Sequence record: KY499642.1
Length of the DNA stretch: 64,000 nt
Direction: 5' to 3' (one strand)
This document shows positions 9,792 to 17,873 of this stretch, one piece after another. The number at the start of each line of letters is the position of its first letter. Position 1 is the first letter of the stretch. Made by a program: the position numbers and the translations under genes. Below the pieces are notes generated by a model. That model was not told the origin of the DNA, ran no database searches, and saw nothing but the letters and a program-made list of their open reading frames with translations.

Positions 9792-12059
9792 ATGGCAAAA
9801 CTAACTAAATTCACGCAGAGCCCTGCGGCTCAGCTGTTTGAACAAATCGGCACTAACCTGCTGGAAACTACTCGTAGCGAAGTATCTGATAAAAAGGCTG
9901 TTGGCTCTGTTGTAGGTTTAGAGAACTACACTGATGCTGCTTCGCATGGCGTACGTGTTCAGACTGAAGGCAAGCTGATCGACAAAATTAAGAACGGTAT
10001 CGCGCAACATGGCGGTCAATTCGGTATCGCTGCGGAAGAGTTCACTCCTGCACAGCTAGAAGCTGGTGCGATGGTTCTGATGGCGGCTGGCGATGCTCAA
10101 GCATACGCTAAAGCAGCAATGTCTGAAAGCTACCCTGCGCTTGAAAGCGGTGACATCGAAGGTCCTGCAATCAACACTGGTGTTGGTGGTGTTATGGACT
10201 ATGGCATGCAAGGTATCTCTCTTGAGTACTTTACTGAGCAGTCACTGGACAAGCACATGGCGGCATCTTTCCGTTTCAACATGCAAGCGGCTCGTCAAGA
10301 CCACTTCTCTGAAACAATCATGCCTACTATCGTAGCTGACCCTACTGAAGCTGGTCTTCTGATCGAAATCAAGAAAACGATGGTTCACCGTGCGGTTCGT
10401 CACGCTATTAAAGACGAAGACAACCGTCCATACAACCGTCGCAACATCCTTGATGGTGCTACTGACCACACTGTACTGGAAGACCAAGCAATCGCTGTTG
10501 TTCCTTACCGTCTGGCTGATGGTTCAAACGCTGACGAGTTCATCTCGGAAGACTTGTACCAACCACGCGAAAAAGAAGTTGGTGACTACTCTGTACCTAC
10601 AGCGCCTCTAGCGTTCGGTAAGAAGCACAACCTTCTGCGTCTATCTGCACACCCTGGTCTAGTTACTTCTGGCGTTCTTGACGAATCAGATGAACTGAAC
10701 GGTCGTGTTGAACTGGGCGAACTGTTCTTCACAGTCGGTAAGAAAGGTGGCAACGCTGCTGACCTTCAGCTACTTCGCATCAAGACTGCTAACCGTGCTC
10801 GCAGCACGTTCAACAAGTCTCAAGAAGGCGACGGCATGGAAATGTCGCTTAACTTCACTGGCGCTACGTTCACTCTATCTGGCGAAACAGTTGACGTCGA
10901 CAACAACGTAATCCTTGCAGCTGACGCTCTGGGTAGCAACGACTACAAACTGAACTTCACAGTTGACGTGAAGAACTCTCTGAACCTGCAAACTGGTCTA
11001 GAGAAGCCAATGGTTTCTGACGTAGAAATTATTGGTCTACAAGACGAAGAAGGCGACAAAGTTGGTCACGAGTCTGGTAAAGGTAAAGTTATCGTTGACG
11101 ATATCGAAATCAAACCAGTAGGCTACACTTACCTGGCTACTCGTTCAAATGCGAACCGCCGTACTAAGGGTCTTCTAATTGACTCTGTAGTTGAACGTGA
11201 GCGTTACAAAATCCAACTTGGTTCTCCACTGACTTCTCGTAAGCCAATTGGTCGTGAAGACAACAGCCAAGCAATCGAAGACCTGATCACTGCTGCACGT
11301 GTTCGTAACTCGAACCAATGTGTGACTAAGATTCTGAACGTTACTGAAGTACTGAAAGAAACTGTTAAGTCTATCGGTAAAGGTAACCAGTACGAAGTTC
11401 CTTCAATCGAAGGTGTTGGTCGTCACTACGTGCGTCCTTGGTACGACGAAGCGAACATCAACGTTAACAACCTTGTGTCTACTCTAGACTCAAAAGACGT
11501 TGACGAAAACTTGACTGCGGTAATCCTAGGTATTATCCGCGAGCAGGTAGTTCGTGCAATCCAAGAGTCTCGCTTCCAGCCTGCTCTTGAAATGCTGTCT
11601 GGTTACACAATGACCAAGCCAAGCGTTATCATCGGTACTGACGTTGTTATCGCTAACTGGATTGAGCGTACAGCTGACAAACGTACTCTGGGCGACCAGT
11701 TCAAGTACGAAGTTGTTACTACTAACGACAACCGTTGGCATGGCCGTATCCAGTGGTTCTTCAAAGTTGGCGAAGGTGAAGGTGGTCTAAACCCACTGAA
11801 CTTCGGTAACCACATCTGGGTACCAGAGCTAATCACAGACACCAACCTAACTCGTAACGAAGGTACTGCGAACGAAGTAACAGTACAACCTCGTAACACT
11901 CACATCGTTAACTGCCCAATCACTGGTGTTGTAAACGTTGAAGGTATCCACGAGTTGATCAACAGCCGTACTCCACAAGCATCTGTTGTCCTTGGACAAC
12001 TGACTACTGGTGGCGACGACGCAGTTGTTGGTGACCTGATTCCTGATGCAGAAGCTTAA
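9792..12059 (+). CDS. Major capsid protein precursor (phiKZ gp120-like)
   Basis: 755 aa, strongly biased codon usage, AARQDHFSETIMPTIV and FGNHIWVPEL segments typical of phiKZ-like capsids; position between dnaB and RNAP subunit; strong terminator downstream. Confidence 0.9.
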   Translation: MAKLTKFTQSPAAQLFEQIGTNLLETTRSEVSDKKAVGSVVGLENYTDAASHGVRVQTEGKLIDKIKNGIAQHGGQFGIAAEEFTPAQLEAGAMVLMAAGDAQAYAKAAMSESYPALESGDIEGPAINTGVGGVMDYGMQGISLEYFTEQSLDKHMAASFRFNMQAARQDHFSETIMPTIVADPTEAGLLIEIKKTMVHRAVRHAIKDEDNRPYNRRNILDGATDHTVLEDQAIAVVPYRLADGSNADEFISEDLYQPREKEVGDYSVPTAPLAFGKKHNLLRLSAHPGLVTSGVLDESDELNGRVELGELFFTVGKKGGNAADLQLLRIKTANRARSTFNKSQEGDGMEMSLNFTGATFTLSGETVDVDNNVILAADALGSNDYKLNFTVDVKNSLNLQTGLEKPMVSDVEIIGLQDEEGDKVGHESGKGKVIVDDIEIKPVGYTYLATRSNANRRTKGLLIDSVVERERYKIQLGSPLTSRKPIGREDNSQAIEDLITAARVRNSNQCVTKILNVTEVLKETVKSIGKGNQYEVPSIEGVGRHYVRPWYDEANINVNNLVSTLDSKDVDENLTAVILGIIREQVVRAIQESRFQPALEMLSGYTMTKPSVIIGTDVVIANWIERTADKRTLGDQFKYEVVTTNDNRWHGRIQWFFKVGEGEGGLNPLNFGNHIWVPELITDTNLTRNEGTANEVTVQPRNTHIVNCPITGVVNVEGIHELINSRTPQASVVLGQLTTGGDDAVVGDLIPDAEA

Positions 12060-12117
12060 TTATTAGGCTGAGTCAGTGTAATAAATAATATCAAGTATTA
12101 AATTACTGATTGAAATA

Positions 12118-12150
12118 GCGGAGAGAGCTTCGGCTCTCCCCGCTTTTTTT
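12118..12150 (+). terminator. Intrinsic terminator after capsid gene
   Basis: GCGGAGAGAGC-TTCG-GCTCTCCCCGC-T7. Confidence 0.9.
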
Positions 12151-12281
12151 GTGTCTCTATATATAGAGGGGATTAGACCAGTCTTTTTTTACGCTCAGGT
12201 GTATGATTTGTATTATCATCTATACGGCTACCATTCAAAAACATCACGGATATATTTTATCTATGTGGAGGTTGACCAAAG

Positions 12282-13349
12282 ATGATAAAACGTTTCGATG
12301 TTGAGCCGGAATCCTGCGAAGCCAGCGCTCTCCGATTACAGCTTTCTACCAAGTTGGGATTTGCCAACAATACAGGTAAGACAGTTTCAGTAATCAGGAG
12401 AGATGGTAGCGTAGATATCATTCCGCCGACTCTGTCTACATTGGGCGACCGTGGTCAGTTTGAAGTGATGTACAGTGTGAATGCAAGTCAGGCAGTTTTG
12501 CAAGACATGCTTACATCCGGATACCTATCAACCACAGAGCGCAAGATATATTCAGAGTTAAAGAAACATGGTACCAAGCTAGGCGGTCAACATGCATTGA
12601 AGTACACCGTACCTGCGGTGGAGCTTGTCGATATGGAAGGCGTCTATCTAGAGTCGCTTGACTTGGTAGTCACGATGAGAAGCCGTGACAATTTACCGAG
12701 ACATCCATATTCTGCATCGACAGGCATGGCAATGATTTCAGGTGACGCGATAGACGATGTATTTACATTCCGTCTAGCGATGGTGAATAAATTTAACACA
12801 GTGGGGGATTTGTTTGTAAAGGTGTGCGGTGCGACTGTTAAGATACCTAGAGTTGTATCAGACACACTACCCGATGGTATTTACGTATCACACGGTATCG
12901 GTAAAGATGTGCGAATGAGACATTTCGCGTTTACAGATGAAGATATACCTTTCGTATTGTATAACACGGAGCGTGAGGCTGAACTCTACGGTGGTGAGTT
13001 AACCGCCGCAATGGAGAAGCTAAATAAGCGTGAACGTGACTTTGATGAGAAGGTAAAGGCATGGGAAGTAGAGAAGCGAGACTTAATTGCTGAACGTGAC
13101 CGTCAACTACATCTAGCCGACATTGACAAACAAATGCTTACTCACGTACTGAATGAGCAGGAGAGAAAACTTGAAAACTTAAAACGACGTGAAGAACACG
13201 AAATTAAGCTACAAGAAACAACAACAAAAAGCCGGGCAGACGAACAGGCTACGGTGCGGAAGAATACTACAGAATGGCTTAAAGTGGTACCGCATATCTT
13301 AGGCACTGTTACGCTAGCGGCAGCAATGTACAACGGTGGGTCCAAATAA
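12282..13349 (+). CDS. Conserved phiKZ-like protein with C-terminal coiled coil
   Basis: 355 aa; E/K/R-rich heptad region and short hydrophobic C-terminus; synteny upstream of RNAP subunit. Confidence 0.65.
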   Translation: MIKRFDVEPESCEASALRLQLSTKLGFANNTGKTVSVIRRDGSVDIIPPTLSTLGDRGQFEVMYSVNASQAVLQDMLTSGYLSTTERKIYSELKKHGTKLGGQHALKYTVPAVELVDMEGVYLESLDLVVTMRSRDNLPRHPYSASTGMAMISGDAIDDVFTFRLAMVNKFNTVGDLFVKVCGATVKIPRVVSDTLPDGIYVSHGIGKDVRMRHFAFTDEDIPFVLYNTEREAELYGGELTAAMEKLNKRERDFDEKVKAWEVEKRDLIAERDRQLHLADIDKQMLTHVLNEQERKLENLKRREEHEIKLQETTTKSRADEQATVRKNTTEWLKVVPHILGTVTLAAAMYNGGSK

Positions 13350-15028
13350 TGTTTAAAGACGCATTCGACTTGATTTATAACAAGCAAGGCGACGAAGAGC
13401 GCATTCCGAAAATTAATCCGTTGATTGGTGAAGGTGTCGCATATCGACAAATGGTTGACCTCCATCTGACCATTCACCAACAATTGAGCACTTTGTTGCG
13501 TAAGGATCGGGAGCCAGACTTACCAGAGGGGTTTGACTACATCGGTTACGAAATCTTAACTCCTGAGGAGGAGTATGAAGAGCGTGGTCGTCGTAAGAAC
13601 AAACAGTCGAATCGTGCAGGGAGCGCATCAGAAGGATTCCAATACTTACCAACTGATACCTACTATGTTCGATTCTCTTTTAGGAATGGTGACAGTGTTA
13701 TTGAACGTAACATGCAAATCCCTTTCCTACGCCGTGGTGGTATCATGCAGATTGTTGGCACTAAATACGCCATCTCTCCTGTAGTGAAAACACGCGGTGT
13801 TTCTGTTACACCTAAAGGCTTCTTTGTATCATTCGATTCAAACCAAGTTAACTTCGAACGTAAATCTCGAAGCTTCCTTGTGAATGGTACATCACGTCAC
13901 TTCTATCTTCCTATATCGAACGACTTGCATCGATACAAGAAGAAAGGTAGCAAAGCATTCAATCCACCTGTAGTGGGCTGGCTGTTTGCTAAGTGGGGTG
14001 TTAAGGAAACCTTTAAACGATACCTTGGCATTGACGCTGAGTTCTACGCTGACGATGATTACCGTCTACGTGAGTTAGATACTGAGCAATATGCTGTATG
14101 TCGTGCACCACTTCCGTACAAAGGTGAAAGACACTCACAGTTTGCAGTAGTTCTTAAGAAAGAGGACTTGTCCAAACATGCTGAGATTTTCATTGGTACG
14201 TTGTTCTACATTGCAATCTTCTACGGTGACCGTATTAATGTGGATGTAATGGATAACGTAACGTTGTGGCGTATTCTCCTTGGCTATTCAGTCCATGGTG
14301 AGGGTGAGTACAATGACCCTAAACATCTCTTCATGATTAACAAGCACTTGACAGAGACAGTTGAGAAATACCTCGACCCAATCTTCCAAGCGCAGTTGTT
14401 GCAAGAAGGTTTAGAGTTCGACGACATCTATGAGTTCTTCTTCTACATCATTGACCTGTATACGAAATCGGGAAATCGTATCTCAGGCTCATTGGCAAAC
14501 ACTTGGGGACGTTACCTAACTTGTGCAGAATACGTACTGGTTGGAATTCGACACAACATCCGTAAGTGTATGTGGGAGTTGAAAGATGCAGCGAAGAACA
14601 CCACAACAGGTGAGTCTGGTTTACCAGTCTCGAAACGACGCATCGAAAGTATCATCAACCGTAAGATTTCAGCAGACATCCTGACGAACATCTCAACGGG
14701 TCACGGTGAAGTTGCACCAATGCAGGTTACGTCCGACAACATGCTAATCGGTGTTACGTCTCGTGCGATTGATGAGACAGATGCTAAGAAGACGTCAGGT
14801 TCAGGTAAGAAAGTGGTAGACCTGAATGACCCGACTAAGCATATCCACGCATCATGGATTGAAGTAGGTTCAGTGGCAAACCTGCCTAAGTCAGCACCAT
14901 TTGGCTTAGCAGTTTTGAACCCATATCTTCAAGTCAATCAATGGGGTAAGATTACGCGCAAAGATAGTAACCGTAAAGTACTGGATACTACACAAGCAGA
15001 CTTACGCCAGAAAGGTCATGTCGTTTAA
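13349..15028 (+). CDS. Non-virion RNA polymerase beta-like subunit, N-terminal part (phiKZ gp123-like)
   Basis: 559 aa; QIPFLRRGGIMQIVGTKYAISPV (rpoB-like 'G.F.I.G..Y.+' region) and HASWIEVGS...PFGLAVLNPY; synteny. Confidence 0.8.
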   Translation: MFKDAFDLIYNKQGDEERIPKINPLIGEGVAYRQMVDLHLTIHQQLSTLLRKDREPDLPEGFDYIGYEILTPEEEYEERGRRKNKQSNRAGSASEGFQYLPTDTYYVRFSFRNGDSVIERNMQIPFLRRGGIMQIVGTKYAISPVVKTRGVSVTPKGFFVSFDSNQVNFERKSRSFLVNGTSRHFYLPISNDLHRYKKKGSKAFNPPVVGWLFAKWGVKETFKRYLGIDAEFYADDDYRLRELDTEQYAVCRAPLPYKGERHSQFAVVLKKEDLSKHAEIFIGTLFYIAIFYGDRINVDVMDNVTLWRILLGYSVHGEGEYNDPKHLFMINKHLTETVEKYLDPIFQAQLLQEGLEFDDIYEFFFYIIDLYTKSGNRISGSLANTWGRYLTCAEYVLVGIRHNIRKCMWELKDAAKNTTTGESGLPVSKRRIESIINRKISADILTNISTGHGEVAPMQVTSDNMLIGVTSRAIDETDAKKTSGSGKKVVDLNDPTKHIHASWIEVGSVANLPKSAPFGLAVLNPYLQVNQWGKITRKDSNRKVLDTTQADLRQKGHVV

Positions 15029-15036
15029 GAACGATT

Positions 15037-15068
15037 GAAAAGACCATTAAGTATATATCATTAAGTTG
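15037..15068 (+). promoter_or_regulatory. Class A promoter-like motif
   Basis: GAAAAGACCATT-AAGTATATATCAT-TAAGTTG. Confidence 0.6.
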
Positions 15069-15112
15069 ATATCACGCACCAATTTAAAGTTTACATCTAT
15101 TAGGAGATAATC

Positions 15113-16975
15113 ATGTCCAACCTTATCGACTCACGCGATTTGAAAGAAGCACTAAAAATGGCGTGCGATTTCTTGGATAACACAAACGACCGTCTAGAAG
15201 AAGACGTTGCAGATATTGTGTTGGCCAATGACGGTCGTAACCGCGATATGGATGATTTCGCGAAGTACTTCGAAACAGCCATTACGTACATTGATTTGTA
15301 CAATCGTGACAAGAACCGTCGCTCTGTATTTGACAGCGACCGCGACATGGAAGAAGCGGTAGGTAAAGCACTTACTCTATCAGTGGGTGCATTTGTAGCA
15401 GCAGATAAGAATCTGTCTGAAGGTCTAAGTGACCGTGACTACGATGACGTAATGGATCATGCTGAGAAGCTTGAGAAGATGGAAGATGCTCTAGAAGACC
15501 TAGAGCGTGAAGCAGAAGACCGTGACCGTCGTGGTTCACGTCGTGGACGTGACCGTGACCGTGATGATCGTCGTAGCTCTCGCCGTGACGACCGTCGTAG
15601 TAGCCGCCGCCGCGACCGTGACACTGGACGTAGCAGTACTCGTACTGATTACCGTCGTGGTCGTGATGATCGTGATGATGAGCGTGAAGAACGTCGCAGC
15701 TCTCGCCGTGACCGTGATGACCGTAAGTCTCGCAATAATCGCGGTTCTAACTACGGACGTAAAGACCCATCTAAGCGTGAAGAGCGTGAAGAACAAGGAG
15801 CGAAGGAAACTATGAACGTAGATCCAAATGAAGTTCTTATCCGCGTACCACGCCGCGTTCCAGTGAAAGAGTCTATTGTTAAACCAGACGCACTTCCTGA
15901 TGAAGCGGCAAGCCGTGTATTTAACCCAAGTACTCATGGTGCATATGCTATTGCAGGTGAGCAAGGTGTGTACCGTGCAGTACTATCTCACGAAGAGGAA
16001 GATAACGTGGAGAACTATGAAGCGCATGAACTTAACCGTTCTCTAGTCGGTCATGACCGTAAAGGTGAACGTATTGTTCCGCTTGCAGACTTCCGTGGTG
16101 TGAAAGACCCATCGGATGATGAAACAGTTGAAGGTGATGCACCACGTGAACCTACCATTGTGTACGGTGAGCAAATCAACTGCGTATCTACAGGTGAGCG
16201 CGTACCAACTCATGTACTAACTGGTGTACTGAACGAAGAAGCAGAATACCAAGTAGTAAACATGAACAAGTACATGCCGTTGACTGTAGTGTCTAGCGTG
16301 TTGGAAATTGTGAACGATGAAATCGGTGAATTAAACTCGATGAAACGTTTCAATGATTTCTACAACTGGATTACCAAAGCACAAGAGAAGAAAGAAGACC
16401 TGACTTCTCGTAACGATCGCTTCGCAATGCTTGGCTGTCTGAACGCATTGACTGAACAACTAACGCTACTAGCGAACAACCTGTTCAGCATCGTGAGCAA
16501 CATCCCAGGCATGGACAACTTCCTTGAAGATTGGCCAAGTGCACAAGCGTGGTTGGTAAACCCAGAGCAAGCTGACGTATACGCTGCATGGCAAGAACTG
16601 GAAGCACCATACCTACGTCATAACTTCGCTGTACTGTCTGAGCAAGAGGTTGCAGAAGCTGCAACTAAAGGTGAACTGACTACATTAGACGTTCAAGGTA
16701 AAGACATTCAGAACCTATGGGTTCGTGCTAAGCAATTCGTTGTCCTAGTTGATGGCGATATCTCTGGTACAATCCAAATGTCTAACCCAGACCTTCCTGC
16801 TAAGGTTGAATACGAACTGACTCCAGACTTCCATACTGCATGTATGACTCTGGTAAATCACCGTAACCGTAACCTGTCTATGGCGAACATTGTTCTTGTA
16901 GACACAGTAGGTTCACAATACTGCATCTTGGCTAACCGAGCTCAAGTACCAGTAATCAAAGTACGCATGCTTTAA
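15113..16975 (+). CDS. Conserved phiKZ-like protein with Arg/Asp/Ser-rich disordered region
   Basis: 620 aa, AGGAGATAA SD; about 80-aa RD/RS tract. Confidence 0.75.
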   Translation: MSNLIDSRDLKEALKMACDFLDNTNDRLEEDVADIVLANDGRNRDMDDFAKYFETAITYIDLYNRDKNRRSVFDSDRDMEEAVGKALTLSVGAFVAADKNLSEGLSDRDYDDVMDHAEKLEKMEDALEDLEREAEDRDRRGSRRGRDRDRDDRRSSRRDDRRSSRRRDRDTGRSSTRTDYRRGRDDRDDEREERRSSRRDRDDRKSRNNRGSNYGRKDPSKREEREEQGAKETMNVDPNEVLIRVPRRVPVKESIVKPDALPDEAASRVFNPSTHGAYAIAGEQGVYRAVLSHEEEDNVENYEAHELNRSLVGHDRKGERIVPLADFRGVKDPSDDETVEGDAPREPTIVYGEQINCVSTGERVPTHVLTGVLNEEAEYQVVNMNKYMPLTVVSSVLEIVNDEIGELNSMKRFNDFYNWITKAQEKKEDLTSRNDRFAMLGCLNALTEQLTLLANNLFSIVSNIPGMDNFLEDWPSAQAWLVNPEQADVYAAWQELEAPYLRHNFAVLSEQEVAEAATKGELTTLDVQGKDIQNLWVRAKQFVVLVDGDISGTIQMSNPDLPAKVEYELTPDFHTACMTLVNHRNRNLSMANIVLVDTVGSQYCILANRAQVPVIKVRML

Positions 16976-16988
16976 GCATAAATAGATA

Positions 16989-17028
16989 GCAGGTAGGGAT
17001 TCGTCCCTACCTGTACTATTCTTTTTTT
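16989..17028 (+). terminator. Intrinsic terminator
   Basis: GCAGGTAGGGA-TTCG-TCCCTACCTGT plus T7. Confidence 0.85.
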
Positions 17029-17044
17029 GGAGATAATAAAAACA

Positions 17045-17830
17045 ATGGCTAACATCAATAACCTAGATATCCAAGCTGCGCGCCTAATGGCTGCTATTCG
17101 TTCCACAGCGCCTTTCTCAGTGCGTGTGCTTGATAATGACACCATTGCATTAGTAGATGGTAAGTCAGCGGAGTATAGCTATACAATGCTTAAACAAAGC
17201 AATGATGGTTCACTGTCTAGGTCAGGTATTTACTACGGTAAACTTACAGACGCTCGTTACCTATCTAAAGTTGCGCCGCTACTATTTAACGGTTACTATA
17301 TAACGGCTGATGGTGTCTATGGCGATTTTGAAGGTGGAACATCACGCATCGTAGATTTTAATAACGTACTGAAGAGTGTGAAACGTCCGCCACATGGCTA
17401 CACTTCAAGTATGATGCTAAATTCAATGTACAACACCTATGGTAAACATGCATCCAATCTATCTGAAATCATCTATGAGTACCGTAATCAAATGACAATG
17501 AACGGTGTATTCATTCGCGATGGTGCAATTACCTTTAACGATCAAACACACACGGCTGTACATGAACTGATTGGCGATGAACATACTGAACAAACTATCT
17601 TAGAAGCAGTAGAGGAATTAGGATGCATTAAGAATCCTCGCGACTATCAGCTCCTTGTAGACACGTTCGTTGATAAGCAATACGTTATATCAGAAGAACA
17701 CAAAAGACACCTTACGCGCGCAATGAACGCGATTATGTACATCATCCGTAGTAGTCTAACCGTAGAGAGTGACGAAATCGTCATCATCCATGGTCATAGA
17801 CTACCAACGAAGATTTTCTTAACGGCATAA
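17045..17830 (+). CDS. Hypothetical protein
   Basis: ORF 17027-17830; start moved to the ATG after GGAGATAA. Confidence 0.7.
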   Translation: MANINNLDIQAARLMAAIRSTAPFSVRVLDNDTIALVDGKSAEYSYTMLKQSNDGSLSRSGIYYGKLTDARYLSKVAPLLFNGYYITADGVYGDFEGGTSRIVDFNNVLKSVKRPPHGYTSSMMLNSMYNTYGKHASNLSEIIYEYRNQMTMNGVFIRDGAITFNDQTHTAVHELIGDEHTEQTILEAVEELGCIKNPRDYQLLVDTFVDKQYVISEEHKRHLTRAMNAIMYIIRSSLTVESDEIVIIHGHRLPTKIFLTA

Positions 17831-17833
17831 ATA

Positions 17834-17869
17834 AGAGAGAGGGCTAAGCCCTCCCTCTTTATTTTTTTT
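17834..17869. terminator. Probable bidirectional terminator
   Basis: AGAGAGAGGGC-TAA-GCCCTCCCTCT plus T run, between convergent genes. Confidence 0.75.
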
Positions 17870-17873
17870 GTGT

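Noticed and set aside
15507-15964. Val/Thr-rich ORFs on both strands
   Set aside because: Alternate-frame read-through of the RD/RS repeat in 15113-16975
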